A DNA stretch of 63,042 bases, filler included, from Octopus bimaculoides (GCF_001194135.2; 6 parts of 6 records of this genome joined end to end with filler, not necessarily neighbours in it), one strand, 5' to 3'; positions 11,687 to 26,596 are shown, counted from the first letter of the whole stretch. Numbers and translations are program-made. Notes: generated by a model not told the origin, from the sequence alone.

Positions 11687-13011
11687 AAATATACTCAAAT
11701 ACCCAAAATGTCAAGGAGTTTCTGCCTTAAAAACAGGAGCTAACCACAGTTATTTTGTGTTCTTTGCTATATTGGTTTCTATTAACCCATTTATTCTATC
11801 AGAAGAATTTTTATTCATTAAAATAGAAGAAATACACATAAACATACATATATNNNNNNNNNNNNNNNNNNNNNNNNNNNNNNNNNNNNNNNNNNNNNNN
11901 NNNNNNNNNNNNNNNNNNNNNNNNNNNNNNNNNNNNNNNNNNNNNNNNNNNNNNNNNNNNNNNNNNNNNNNNNNNNNNNNNNNNNNNNNNNNNNNNNNNN
12001 NNNNNNNNNNNNNNNNNNNNNNNNNNNNNNNNNNNNNNNNNNNNNNNNNNNNNNNNNNNNNNNNNNNNNNNNNNNNNNNNNNNNNNNNNNNNNNNNNNNN
12101 NNNNNNNNNNNNNNNNNNNNNNNNNNNNNNNNNNNNNNNNNNNNNNNNNNNNNNNNNNNNNNNNNNNNNNNNNNNNNNNNNNNNNNNNNNNNNNNNNNNN
12201 NNNNNNNNNNNNNNNNNNNNNNNNNNNNNNNNNNNNNNNNNNNNNNNNNNNNNNNNNNNNNNNNNNNNNNNNNNNNNNNNNNNNNNNNNNNNNNNNNNNN
12301 NNNNNNNNNNNNNNNNNNNNNNNNNNNNNNNNNNNNNNNNNNNNNNNNNNNNNNNNNNNNNNNNNNNNNNNNNNNNNNNNNNNNNNNNNNNNNNNNNNNN
12401 NNNNNNNNNNNNNNNNNNNNNNNNNNNNNNNNNNNNNNNNNNNNNNNNNNNNNNNNNNNNNNNNNNNNNNNNNNNNNNNNNNNNNNNNNNNNNNNNNNNN
12501 NNNNNNNNNNNNNNNNNNNNNNNNNNNNNNNNNNNNNNNNNNNNNNNNNNNNNNNNNNNNNNNNNNNNNNNNNNNNNNNNNNNNNNNNNNNNNNNNNNNN
12601 NNNNNNNNNNNNNNNNNNNNNNNNNNNNNNNNNNNNNNNNNNNNNNNNNNNNNNNNNNNNNNNNNNNNNNNNNNNNNNNNNNNNNNNNNNNNNNNNNNNN
12701 NNNNNNNNNNNNNNNNNNNNNNNNNNNNNNNNNNNNNNNNNNNNNNNTATATATATATATATATAATACAAAGAATATGTATGCATGTATACTCACATAT
12801 ATGTACATACTTACATCTACATGTGTATATACATGCATATCAGGGTACAAAACGTTAGAACAATGAACTACAGACAATGGAACGAACACATAGGAAAACA
12901 GACAGCCACTTGGAATTAATCCTTCGTCAGCTGCCTCTATTCTAACTAGACATTTCGAAGATAATACACACACACACACACACACACATATATACATACA
13001 CATACAACAGG

Positions 13012-13157
13012 CTTCTTTCAGTTTCCGTCTACGAAATCCACTCACAAGGCTTTGGTCGGCCTGAGGCTATAGTAGAAGGCACTTGCCTAGGGTGTCACGC
13101 AGTGGGACTGAACCTAGAACATGTGGTTGGGAAGCAAGCTTCTTACCACACAGCCAC
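13012..13157 (-). mobile_element. SINE-A 5' half
   Basis: CTTCTTTCAGTTTCCGTCTAC..CTTACCACACAGCCAC. Confidence 0.85.
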
Positions 13158-13172
13158 ACACACACACATATA

Positions 13173-13211
<39 letters not shown>

Positions 13212-13893
13212 GCACATATATGTGCACACAAACAAGTGTGTGCACACCCACACACATATGCACACATACATCAATATAATTGTGCATGTGTGGCATGTGT
13301 GTGTGTGTGTATAAAACCATGCCAACATGGAAACTGGACGTTAAATGATATACATACATATATATATATATATATACTGTGCATATGCATACACACATGC
13401 ACACCTATATACATGCATACACACCCACATATACACATACTCACACACACACACACACACACACACACCCACACACATATACATACATGTGTGTGTGTCT
13501 TCAAATTACATATAAGTGGCAACATAAGTGGGTAGACGCAGGTATATTCTGCAGTACATCATACACGTATTGTCTCCACACACACACACACACACACAAG
13601 CAAGTTACATATTAAATGTATGAATCACTTGTTGTTATAAAATTCTTTACACAACCTGGGTGTATATTTGACTTAAAAACTCTTCCTTTTCTTCAAAAAT
13701 ATGACCTAATCTATTGGACATTAGATATGTGGTTGAGTCTAGGCTCTTCAGAATGGATAACAGCAAACGTTCTCTTACTGTGGTGGAATGCTGCATGACT
13801 CAATATCTCTCTCTCTCTCTGTCCACCCTTCTGTTCCCCCTCTCCCTGTGTCTCTGTTTCTGCTACCTACTTATGCATATGAGTGCGGGCATA

Positions 13894-14410
13894 GGTGCAG
13901 GAGTGGCTGTGTGGTAAGTAGCTTGCTTACCAACCACATGGTTCCGGGTTTATTCCCACTGCATGGCACCTTGGGCAAGTGTCTTCTACTATAGCCTCGG
14001 CCCGACCAAAGCCTTGTGAGTGGATTTGGTAGACGGAAACTGAAAGAAGCCTGTTGTATATATGTATATATATGTATGTATGTGTGTCTGTGTTTGTCCC
14101 CCCAAGCATCGCTTGACAACCGATGCTGGTATGTTTACNNNNNNNNNNNNNNNNNNNNNNNNNNNNNNNNNNNNNNNNNNNNNNNNNNNNNNNNNNNNNN
14201 NNNNNNNNNNNNNNNNNNNNNNNNNNNNNNNNNNNNNNNNNNNNNNNNNNNNNNNNNNNNNNNNNNNNNNNNNNNNNNNNNNNNNNNNNNNNNNNNNNNN
14301 NNNNNNNNNNNNNNNNNNNNNNNNNNNNNNNNNNNNNNNNNNNNNNNNNNNNNNNNNNNNNNNNNCAGCATGGCCGCAGTCAAATGACTGAAACAATTAA
14401 AAGAGTAAAA
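13894..14410 (+). mobile_element. SINE-A spanning a gap
   Basis: Head at 13894; 3' end CAGCATGGCCGCAGTCAAATGACTGAAAC after the gap. Confidence 0.9.
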
Positions 14411-14829
14411 GTGTGTATTTATGTATGCGAGCATGTGCATGTATGTGTAGGTAAATGTGTGGGTGTGTGCCTGTACATCGGTATGTCTGTATGTGTGTGT
14501 CAGTGAAGGTGTGTATGCCTCTGTATGCTTAAAGGTGTGTGTGTGTCTATATGTTTGTGTATGTGTCGGTGTTTCTACCTCTGCATGTGTCTACACGCAT
14601 GCATGCGTATGTGTATGCATGTGTGTATGACAGTTCAGTGTGGCTGAATGTTTAAGAAGGTCAGTTCTTAATCAGGAGACCCCAGGTTCAATTCCTCTGC
14701 ACTGCATCTTAAGCAACTGTCATTTTCTCTCGCCTTAGATTACCTCATGTCTTGGAGAATGGATTTAAGTATAGTAGAAACTGTGTGGAAGCCTGTGAGG
14801 TGTATTATACCTGTAATTCAAACATATTT

Positions 14830-15290
14830 ACTCAAAAGAAATCAATTCCAGTTCTTATTTTTTAAAACCTGGTATTTATTCTATCAATAACTTTTGGCCA
14901 AATTGATAATTTACAGGGATCTAAACAAACCAATACCAGTTGTCAAGCAGCAGTGGAGGACACACACACACACACAAGCAGCAGTAGACACACACAAGCG
15001 GTAGTGGACACACACACAAGCAGTAGTGGACACACACACGCAAAGCAGTAGTGGGAACACACACACACACACACAAAGCAGTAGTGGACACACATAAACA
15101 AAGCTGTAGTGGACACACACACACACACACACACAGTGAGGCTTCTTTCAGTGTTTGTTTACCAAATCCCCTCACAAGCGTTGGTTCAGCCAGAGTCGTG
15201 GTAGAAAACACTCCCCCGGGGTGCCACATAGCAAGACTGAATCCAGAGCTATTTAATTGGAAAGCACACATCTTACCACAGAGCCATGCC
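14830..15290 (-). mobile_element. SINE-A variant with an internal minisatellite
   Basis: SINE-A flanks on both sides of the 14944-15134 array. Confidence 0.7.
14944..15134. repeat. Seven units of CAA(A)GC(A/G/T)G(C/T)AGT(G/A)GA(CA)n
   Basis: Units of ~22-37 bp that differ mainly in CA-run length. Confidence 0.85.
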
Positions 15291-15479
15291 TAATTAAAAT
15301 AGCATGTAACTCATTAATTTTTAAAAAAATGAAGTTTATTGTATTGTTTCACACAAGTTCTTGTTTTTTGAAAACTGTAAATGTTATTATTTCAACTTTT
15401 CATAATTATGAAAATGCTAACGTGTTAATTGTTGTATGATGGGCAACTTTAGAAGTATACTAAAGCATCAAGAAATATG

Positions 15480-15740
15480 GTACTGCGGCCATGCTGGGGC
15501 ATAGCCTTAAAGGGTTTAGCAAAAGAAATCGACCCCAGGACTTATTCGTTGTGAACCTGGTATTTATTCTTTCGGTTACTTTTGCTGAACCGCTAAAGTA
15601 TGGGGATGTAAACACACCAACATTGGTTGTGAAGCAAAGGGGGGTGGGACAAACGGACACAAAGATGCCATGCAATGGGACTGAACCCAGAACCATGTGG
15701 TTGGGAAGCAAGTTTCTTACCACACAGCCATGCCTGTGCC
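15480..15740 (-). mobile_element. SINE-A with internal deletion
   Basis: 3' half joined directly to the head (..GGACACAAA|GATGCCATGCAATGGGACTGAACCC). Confidence 0.7.
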
Positions 15741-17465
15741 TATTGTGCATGTATACATTAATTATAACCTAATTTGTATCAATTTTTTTTTTACCTTAAA
15801 ATAAAATTAAATAAAACAAATTTCTCATTTGTATAACTCCTTCCATAACTATTCTCATTTACTCCCTCTCCCCTTCTTCTGTTTATGATTCTTTCTCTCT
15901 CATGTGTGGTGGAAGAAGAATTTTTTTACTCATTGCCTGCCATCAAGCCAAGTGTGTGCACTCATCCTGCACTTCATATACTGTATCTTTTTTTACTATT
16001 CCCCTATCTCTTTAACCATGTAGAGTGTGACTGCAGAAATTGACCAACCAACATTCATATCAGCTGTTATATAGAGATAATTTACAAATGCAAGCAAAAT
16101 ATATTTATACACAGCAAATATAAACAAAATATATTTTATACACATATCTATGTATCTAATCATCATTTGAATTGAAGACACTAACAATACATTCTGAGAC
16201 AAATTTTAAGAAATCCTGATAAATCAATTCTATGGTGTTTCAATCTGTTGCTTTAAACATTTTTAAAGATAAATTCCAGACAAATATGTAATTCTATGTT
16301 ATTTATGCCCATATGTACAATGTACCTGGACATTATTTAAATTAAAAACATAATGAGAAAGCAAAGAAGTACAATACCAGCATAGAAATTAAATTTTTTA
16401 GACCAAAATTTAAGGTCAAACAAGGTAGGTCAACTTATACACCAAGACTACCTTGGACAATCGAAAATTCCATGTAAAATACAGCAGGATTTGTAAAGAT
16501 AGTGATGATGTCTGGATTTTTACACTACATGTTTACACTATCATCAGCTTATATACTGGAAAATATGTTACTTTATAAATTCTAAATTATAGAATAGGCA
16601 CTGATTTTTTTTCTTGTAGTATTGTATTTTATACAATGGAAATAATGATTCAGAAAAGAATTTTTTCTTCAAAATTTCAATTTTTAAAAATATTTTAGCT
16701 CTCCCTCCAATTCTGTGCTCTTTTCCTTTCCCATACAGCAAAAATAGCTATAGCAATTGCAAGAGCCTGTCAAATTTTCTTTAGAATAATTATTTTCTTA
16801 ATTTTCTTTATAATACTTATGTTCTTGCAGCATTATGATATAATCTGATCATAATTTGTTTTTAAATCTAATAACACACACTCAGAAACACATTAAATCG
16901 CTGTAAGTAGTATTAACATATAGAAAATAGATTTAATCCCTTGCCTAGTTTAACACTGCCACCTGGTCCTAGGGGAATCCAAGGGGAAAAAAATGTCACT
17001 GGAAAAAAGTCACAGACAAAAACTGAAATAAAAAGGTCACCGGAATTATGCATTTTGCCTGGAATATTCATCTTAGTCATCAACAATAAAAATACTGAAT
17101 ATATACACGATATAAAGTGTTTTCAATTTGTACATGTCATGTATTGTCAATAAATGGCAGACTAAGGTTTTTTTTTTTTTTGTTTCCTTGTCTTACTTTG
17201 CTTAAGAAATTGAATAATAGAGGAGGATTTTTTCACATGTGTAAAGCCATCACATATAAATTGTGTACAAGTCATGTAATGTTAGTTAATGACTGATTTA
17301 AAATATTTTTTGTTTTGTAAATAATAATACTAAGCTTAAAGCTTAATGTCATCGTAGAAATTTTTTTTGCTTTATAAACTTTAATTGTTTAAAGTATTTA
17401 AATAAAATATGACTTGTTCTTCCTATCTAAAATTGTGAATTTTTTCTGTGATGTTTTTTTCCCAG

Positions 17466-17503
17466 ACATCTCCTTGGGTGCTTTTTGAGGTGTTCATTCT
17501 GTG
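17466..17503 (+). other. Candidate 38-nt micro-exon
   Basis: Long poly-T tract + CCCAG acceptor and GTG|GTGAGTA donor; open frames TSPWVLFEVFIL or HLLGCFLRCSFC. No homology recognised. Confidence 0.3.
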
Positions 17504-17656
17504 GTGAGTAACTCGGTCCAGTCTCCTCCTTTCAGAATAACTTCCTTTCTTTATACACCATCAGTTGTTAGAGTCCTTGATAAGATAAATGATTATGGGA
17601 GCAGCCCTTTATCTCCTTAACCTTATGTCTTTATTTCCTTAATCTTATGTCTTTAA

Positions 17657-17865
17657 TTTGTTTCAATCATTTGACTGTGGTCATGCCAGGGCACCACTTT
17701 GAGGGTTTTGGTCAAACAAATCATCCACAATACAGATTTCTTTTCTTTAAGCCTGGTACTTATTTTATCAGTTTCTTTTGCCGAACTGCTACGTTATGAG
17801 GACATACACAAACCAACACTGGTTGTCAAACTGTGGTGGGGGATAAATAAGCACAAAGACACACA

Positions 17866-17901
<36 letters not shown>

Positions 17902-18490
17902 CACACAGATATACACATATTTATATACATATATATGCATATACATATATATATACATATATANNNNNNNNNNNNNNNNNNNNNNNNNNNNNNNNNNNNN
18001 NNNNNNNNNNNNNNNNNNNNNNNNNNNNNNNNNNNNNNNNNNNNNNNNNNNNNNNNNNNNNNNNNNNNNNNNNNNNNNNNNNNNNNNNNNNNNNNNNNNN
18101 NNNNNNNNNNNNNNNNNNNNNNNNNNNNNNNNNNNNNNNNNNNNNNNNNNNNNNNNNNNNNNNNNNNNNNNNNNNNNNNNNNNNNNNNNNNNNNNNNNNN
18201 NNNNNNNNNNNNNNNNNNNNNNNNNNNNNNNNNNNNNNNNNNNNNNNNNNNNNNNNNNNNNNNNNNNNNNNNNNNNNNNNNNNNNNNNNNNNNNNNNNNN
18301 NNNNNNNNNNNNNNNNNNNNNNNNNNNNNNNNNNNNNNNNNNNNNNNNNNNNNNNNNNNNNNNNNNNNNNNNNNNNNNNNNNNNNNNNNNNNNNNNNNNN
18401 NNNNNNNNNNNNNNNNNNNNNNNNNNNNNNNNNNNNNNNNNNNNNNNNNNNNNNNNNNNNNNNNNNNNNNNNNNNNNNNNNNNNNNNNNN

Positions 18491-18540
<50 letters not shown>

Positions 18541-18700
18541 CAATTTTCATATATTTAAATATATATATGTGTGCACACATATTTTCAATCTACCAAATCC
18601 AGAGCTCTTGTAGAAGACACTTGCTCAAGGTGTCATGGAATAGGACCGAATCTGGAACCATGTGGTTGGGAAGCGAACTTCTTACCACACAGCTATGCCT
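17657..18700 (-). mobile_element. SINE-A with gap in the internal (TA)n
   Basis: 3' half at 17657-17870, head at 18585-18700. Confidence 0.75.
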
Positions 18701-18960
18701 GAATCTTAAAGTAAAAAGAAAATTGATCACAAATTGAAACCAAATCGATATATTTTGAAAAAAATTTGAAGTTTCAAAAATATTTTATTTTTTGATTCGT
18801 GAAATGAGTACTTAAAACAATAATAATTGAGGACACCCACTCACCTCAAAAATAAATTTATATTTTTTTGATAAAGTTCACAAAACATGGATAGGGAAAA
18901 AGAAAATGGATCTATTTCAAAACGCTTTTTCTTTTGGAATACAAGTAGCACTTAACTATA

Positions 18961-19397
18961 ATTTTGTTTCTACATAACTTTCAGAAAAATAGGTATTTTC
19001 TAATGAAATTTTCTACAAATACGTTTCCGATGGTGTAGATTAAGATTATATCGAGATTTAATGTGAAAAAAAAGGTGGTAATGCACACATACATACTAAC
19101 ACACATCAAACACACACATACACATATACACACAGAGACAGACAGACAAACTGGCAGGCAGACATACAGACAGACAAAATGAAACTTGAAATTTTGAAAA
19201 ACATTATGTGATGCATGCCTATGATGTATGAATGCACATCAACCAGTTGGGGATTTAGGGTTGTTTTATTTTATTTAATTATTTTTTTTTTCATTCTAAA
19301 TTCCGATAAAATAATAATCTACACCATCTGAAAGGTGTTTGGAGAAAATTTCATTAAAAAGTATCCATTTGTCAGGAAGTTATGACGAAACAAAAAT
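18961..19397. mobile_element. Foldback/MITE with ~113-bp imperfect inverted arms
   Basis: 18961-19073 (ATTTTGTTTC..ATGAAATTTTCT..GATGGTGTAGATTA..) vs reverse complement of 19284-19397, roughly three-quarters identical by eye. Confidence 0.7.
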
Positions 19398-20789
19398 CGG
19401 AATTTTGGTTATTGAAAACAGGAATATGAAGAAATTTGGGGAAAAGCAAATTTTCCACCTGGGTAATTCACAGTAGTGTCGATATTTTCACTTTCCGTTT
19501 GTGGACATNNNNNNNNNNNNNNNNNNNNNNNNNNNNNNNNNNNNNNNNNNNNTTAATTAATTAANNNNNNNNNNNNNNNNNNNNNNNNNNNNNNNNNNNN
19601 NNNNNNNNACACACACAGATATGTATGTATCCATACATGTTTGTATGTATGTTTGTAGAATGAGAGAGAAATAGTGGGAGAGATAGACAGACAAGCATAA
19701 ACAGAAAAGGAGAGAGTAACAGATTGTCCTATTTATTGCATGGTATTAAGTCGATGCGGATATACAGTTTTATTACCGTGTGTTAGAAGTTTGCTGCAAA
19801 CTTACACTTTTCAAAATTACAACACCAGATATTAGACGCCTTTTGTCTAATGACATGATGTTAGAATGTTTCGGCATCACGCGTTTTATGTATGTTGATG
19901 TCCTACGTAGTAACGTCTAAATGTGTTTCATAGATTAGTCGTTTTGTTAGCCTTAATATAATAGACATCTATTCAATATTAGATACTTTATTATGTTTAG
20001 ACACAAGAGTTCTAAACGATAGTCAATCTAATTGTAAGCATTTCACATCTACTTAATATTTCAATAATCACTGACAATTTGTGAAAAGTTGATTTATAGG
20101 TAAAGGTGTAGTCGTTTGCCTTCGAAACACATGGCTTCATGTTCCGTTCCACTTCTTGATAGCTTGTACGAGTGTCTCTGTTATAGCCTTGGGTTATATG
20201 CATACACGGGTGAAGTTAGATGCCTTGTGAGTGGATCTGGTAAACGGAAACTGCAAGACAGCTATACCAAAAAAATATCCTACACGTTTAAAATTGTCTT
20301 CTAATTTTTTTTGTTATTTACCACCAAACAATATAATTCATTTTGAAGACTGTTCCATTCAAGCAAATGCATTTAATTTAGGAGACATAACATTGATGGT
20401 TGCCGTGAGCATTTAGGGTTAGACTTAGGTTTAGAGTTATCAAAATAATGGCTAAAGTTTTGAGTTAGTGACTAAGAGCAATGAATGTTCGGAGTTGTTT
20501 TTTGTACTCAAGATTATAGCTTCAGGTTAGTGTAAAGATGATCTGAATTAGAGATTGGAGGCTTGGACTGACATCGATTTGTGCACATTTTTGTTTGCAG
20601 AAGTGAAATTGCATGTTTGAAAAATATTCTTTAATAAATATTTTTTAAAAAATAAGTCTTCAACATATTTTACAAACTGTAATTAGTCTAAAAATTTCCT
20701 TAGAATCCTTTCCAGAGTTTTACTGTAAGTCAAATTGCTTTACGCTATTACTTTTCATTTACTGAGATTTGAATTCAGATAGTGTATTC

Positions 20790-21900
20790 ATACATACAGA
20801 GAGTGTGTGGTAAATAAATTGTCGTCTAAATTACGCAAAAATAAAAATAACACTGACATCTCATTTTAACATATATATTTACCAAAATAACATAAAATAT
20901 TTTGAAATACTGAAGAATTAATTAATTCAATAAAATTGCCCATTGGCTTCAACCGCGGACTCCAGATGATTTAGGATTCTCCTGCAGCTCACTTGGATAG
21001 TCTCCTTGTTAAAGTTGGTAACTGCTGTGGAAATCCCTTCAGTTCATCTTTGGTGTTACAAGGAGTTTTGTTCGTCTCACGCTCAACCGCGCCCCATACA
21101 TAATAAACAAGGGTTTGCAGCCTGTGGTGTTAGATGGCCAGGTATCACGAGTGTTGTAACCGCAGAAATTGTCTGACAGCCATATCTGTGTTCTCCTGCT
21201 TGTGTGGTATGGGCAGTGTCATATTGCCAGACATGGGTTCTTCCAGTAGCCACCGTCTTGATAAAGGCCAGCACTACCTTCTCCAGGAACTTGACGTTGG
21301 CCTACGTGTTTGTGTGAAGTCTTGTGGGTAGATCACTAGAGGCATAACATCACCATTACTCGTGATGAATCTAAATAACATGATGTCAACTGGATGTTTA
21401 ATTTTTATCTCTCTCCGTACAGGTTATGCGGACACGGAAAGCCAACAGTTATTGTGTGTGTTCACCATTTTATCCTGGCAGAAATGTTTCACGCATAAGA
21501 AATATCAATGCATGTTCGGTTGGAGGAGATGTTTCAGTTTGTTCAAAAGCTTCGTAGCGCGGTCTTCCCTATTGTCCTTGATAGCGTGTGATAAAATTTG
21601 ACTCTTTCTCATCTCCTATGAGGCATACCGAATGGCTTCATGCACTACCTGTCGGATTAGAAACTCAGACGCTCCCATGTCTAGCAATGGACCTACTTGA
21701 CTTGCTGGAAGGTAAATTATGGCCTGAAGTTCACCAACAAATTGAGGATTTCTTTTGTTATCAGAACGATCAGAATTGATTAATGAAATCATTACAACAA
21801 TTTGAAAGAAACCAAGCACATCAGATGAATGCATAGACTTGAAACATATAGGATAAACGATTTTTTAGACAATAAATTTGTTAAAAAATGGTTCATCCTT
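20790..21900 (-). mobile_element. Decayed Tc1/mariner (maT, DD37D-like) transposon
   Basis: Minus-strand peptides VHEAIRYAS, PNMH*YFLCVKHFCQDKMVNTHNNCWLS, KFLEKVVLAFIKTVATGRTHVWQYDTAH and RETNKTPCNTKDELK occur in the order expected for maT transposase; stops and frameshifts. Ends approximate. Confidence 0.8.
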
Positions 21901-24900
21901 AATAAATGTATCATGTTTTTCGGTTAACAAATTCTTTAGAAAATTGTTTATCGTTTATGTTCGAAGTCTATGCCTTCGGTTATCCTTTATGTTCGAAGTG
22001 TATGCGAGAACGGTTTCTTGGAAATTGACGCAAAGTTTTCATTAATCAATTGCATGAAGTAGCTTGAAACAATCGTAATGAATTAAAACTTGTACATCTT
22101 TCTTAATTATATTCTGTTCACCTAACATGGAATATGCACTTCGGAAATAGTATAGGATATACAACTATAAAAGTTAAATGTCTGAATTACCAACAGCGGA
22201 TATCATCACTTAGCTGTGGTATGTTGTCTACACACACGACAAGAATATTTAGGTACAAATACCCCTACACGAATTCTTCATGTTCAATAGTCAGATAATA
22301 TTGTTGCGGTGTGCAGATTGTACCGAATTAGCAAGGGGTCTCGATTTAAGTACCCAATTTAACTGAATCTTAATTATATATGTATGCTTACATATATGGG
22401 GGAAATATAGTATCAATCAAGCAGGAAATTGCTCTAGCTTTGAAATAGTAGATATTTGATTTACAAAAGCATTTGCTAGGCGTGATGATTAGCAGTGTAA
22501 AGAAATCCATATGAATGAACGTATATTTGTATACTCCCAAACATTACACGTTAAAATTGAGAAGCATTAAAATCATCACAAATTATTTTAATAAATGCTT
22601 ATGTTACAACATTCTACAATTGTTTATTTTGTAAATAACATACATGAAAATTATTTTCTTACTCACATATAACGGAAGTATTTTAGGCCCCTGTTATTAT
22701 TCCTAAAGAAATTGGCTGGAGAAAGTATTACGATATTGCATATCAATACATTCCTGATACATTCCTGAGGTATATTCTTTTGTAAATCTGGTGACGTAAT
22801 TTTTCCCGTGACTTATGACCTATGTATAATTAAGTCTTATTTACAAGGACTGAATTGACCATCTACTGTTATTAGATCCATTGCATATAATATACATGAT
22901 GTCAAATCTTTAAAGCTACATGTTAACATTACTAAGTTAAAACATTTTCAATAATATAAATCGCTCGAAGTAAATGCGCTAACATAAATGGAGTTAAACA
23001 TTTCTACTCTAAAATTCAATTATTTCCACGTCCTTGCTGTTTAATTTATGCTATACATTTGTGTAATATATTCATTTTAATTACCTCTTTCCTTAGAACT
23101 TGAAAGACTCATATTTGCTGGCTATGAATAAAGATATATGTCTGGGCTTTGAAATATGTAGACTTACTTTAAATGGATAAACTTTCTATCACATGTAACA
23201 TTTCGATGCATTAAGTATATCAGAATAGTTAACGGTATAATTAATTGCAGTGGGTGTTGGTAGCCTTTTCTGTTGATAATTATATAAACAGTACACATAA
23301 TTATAAGCACCATATTTGTAGGTATTTGATCTTTCTTTCTTTCACACTGCCATTTCTCTCTATCTCTCACTCTCTATAACACTCTATCTCTTTCTCTCTC
23401 TCAAGCATTTCGCTAATATGTGCACGTGTAGTGAACGTGTGCGTTTGATGAATGTGCACGTTTGTGAATTTAACTATGTGAGTAATTATGAATAAACATG
23501 TATGCTGAATTATGATAAAGAAACTTTACTGCACATATAGCAAATATATTCAGTGTCGTACACATGATTCTGCAGTAAGAACCATGAACAACGAAGTATC
23601 AAATTATGTAAAGAAGACTAAGAAATAATCTTATTTTGCTAAGATTAGAATAAATACAGCAACACGCTTCATTACATGACTTAATGACTTTATTCCTTCT
23701 GTTTAATAATCTGTGCATGAATAAAAAAAATAAGAAGCATAATTACGTACACGATCATGAATAAAAAATTAAATATCGCGAAATGTACACTTTGATATGT
23801 GTATAAAGATAACACACACACACACGCATATATACATATAAGTGGAATGTCTGTATGTGTAGTCATATAAGCGCATGAATGTATCACATGTGCACCACAA
23901 CTTAATTAGTGTCCAACACCTAACATAGTTAACCACACAACTTTTAAAACACCACATATCTGTCATTTATGTCAAACTAAAGTCTTCATCTACAACCAAT
24001 TAGATATCTGTATCTCATAACGTTTTAATGAATTTACCTAATTAATAGTAGATCTACATCCGACCTTGTCAATAGAAGAATTGTAATCCATCACCTAAAC
24101 CAAAAAGGTAAAGAGTTAAATACAGCAAGACGTAAACCATGTACAGAAGAATGAATTGTTTTTTTTAAACGCGTATATAGAATTGAAGCATATAATGCGC
24201 TGAAAAAGCTACTCACTTAGAATAAATATTATGTAAATAATGATCTCTGCTCCTATATTGGAAGTCCTAATCGCTTCTTCACGCTGTGTTTGAGTGAGCT
24301 TGTATACATTTGTGTATGGACCCAGGTGCGAATATAGGTAAAGTTTCTCACGTAGGCTACGCTGAGTGTAATTGACTTATCTTGAACTAGATAGTAACAT
24401 CTTCAACTAAAAGCCATAACTCAAGCTATCCGCTAACAGACGTGTATAACATGAACCAGCTTATATACGTCTGTATGTATGTATACTGGTAAATGCTGGT
24501 GGCATTTCCTTTAAAAGCATAAATTAGAATTTATTTCATTTAGTTTTGTTCAAAATATTATAAATGTTAAATACCAATACGCATAATAATTTATCGATGT
24601 TGACTTGTCGTATTTATTAGCCAAATTCACTGTAGTTTAAATATATCCTAATAGTACGTTATTTTAAAGATTAACAAAGAAAATATCACCATTAGAATAA
24701 ACATGCATATGTAAAACTGTTTAAACATCACGTTAGATCTAGTCACTGATAAGTGGTTTCTATAAAGAAATATGAACGAAGCTTCAATGATACATAAACA
24801 GATCGTAGATCTATAGTCAGTAGCAAGAACAAGACTATATGTTGCATAAGAGTACATATTCACCGCTATAAAATCATAGTTAATAAATTTAGCGGCAAAT

Positions 24901-25526
24901 ATGTGGTGATATGGTAGTGCAATCGGTCAGCACCACGCACAAAATCAAAGGCGTGATTTTGATTCCGAGGGGAAAGGATTCCTAATTTTATTTTCCCCGT
25001 TACGAGTGGGCTTATATGCCTTAAAAATTAGAATATTCTCTATATTATATATACAGTGAAGGTTCATGCTTATATTTACAAAGCATATTTTTCATATTTT
25101 GAATTTAACCATGATTTTTGAAACAAAGCTGAAAAGTCAGAAATCTCTTGGATGAAGGACGAGAAATTCAATAAATCATTGAATTTCCTTGCATATACAA
25201 AAAAAAAAAAAGAAACTACGACAGAAAGATAATAGTCTTCGAAAACTTCGTTCGAAGCTAGCATTTTCCATATATTTAACGTATATTTTATATCTCCTCT
25301 TATCTTCGACTGTCTAATTTAAACGCTACCATACCCAAGGGAGAATACTATCAGTACGTACATTGGACTGGACGTTATAAAATCGTGGAAATAGGATAAA
25401 GATTTATGTATGCATATATAGAAATATGTATAAGTATTTATATAACACGAGGATGAGACGATTATTTAACATACTGATCATATCAATTGGCCAGCATGGA
25501 AAAATAGTATAGGTAATAATTATTAA

Positions 25527-25586
<60 letters not shown>

Positions 25587-25820
25587 CATATAATTATAAT
25601 TGAGGGCACGAGCATGCCAGAAATAGCAGTTACAAATGATTCTAAGACCATATCACGTTTTCATATAGCACAGGTGAAAAGATAAATGGACAAAGAAATT
25701 GTCGCTCAATAATAAGATACTTTGCCTTCATCAGTAAAAATATACCAAGATTAGCGTATAATTACAGATATACAAGATTACCGATTAATTAGTGAATAAT
25801 CACAGATACATACATTCATG

Positions 25821-25865
<45 letters not shown>

Positions 25866-26253
25866 TTATATCTATACACACACTTAGGTATACATAAGTA
25901 CATGAATATACAATGACTTGCACCTTGTTCTACTGTGCATGCACACCCACAGTAGATACCCGACACATGCGAACACACACGTATGAATATTTAATGAGTG
26001 GAGAGAATACAATGAACTAAAAGGAAGTATATGGTTATTAACAAAAACAAAACATTTATACAAGTTGTACAGAAGTGCATATAAAATTACATGTATCAAC
26101 AAAAAACAAATATATAGTGAGAAAGAGCAGATAAACGGTACGTCATGGTATTTCTCCATCGATAAATACATATATCCTAAGATGTCAATCTCAAATGGCA
26201 TACAAGCATATATAAACGTTTATAGCCAAAATCCGAGTACTTCCTCGTATATT

Positions 26254-26339
<86 letters not shown>

Positions 26340-26529
26340 TCTATCTATATATAAATATATATGTGTATACATAATCTATATATAACATTAGAAATATGCA
26401 TATATACGTGTGTGTATAAATATATATATATAAATGTATTTATATACGTGTGTAATGAATCATATCTATGTCAGAGTGAGACGTGTGTGTGTATGACCTT
26501 GTGTGTGTGTCTCGCTCTCTCTATATATG

Positions 26530-26596
<67 letters not shown>

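Noticed and set aside
10603-13045. ORFs of 200-430 aa spanning N runs (also at 17.7, 26.5, 42, 52, 54-56 and 58 kb)
   Set aside because: Length comes from untranslatable Ns and (TA)n/(CA)n.
16941-17060. Collagen-like PPGPRGIQGEK
   Set aside because: Only three Gly-X-Y triplets; the DNA is better explained by repeated GGAAAAAAGTCAC-like motifs.
19553-19564. TTAATTAATTAA between N runs (also ~37806, 41155, 57260, 61312)
   Set aside because: Identical motif padded by Ns at five places; scaffolding linker artefact.
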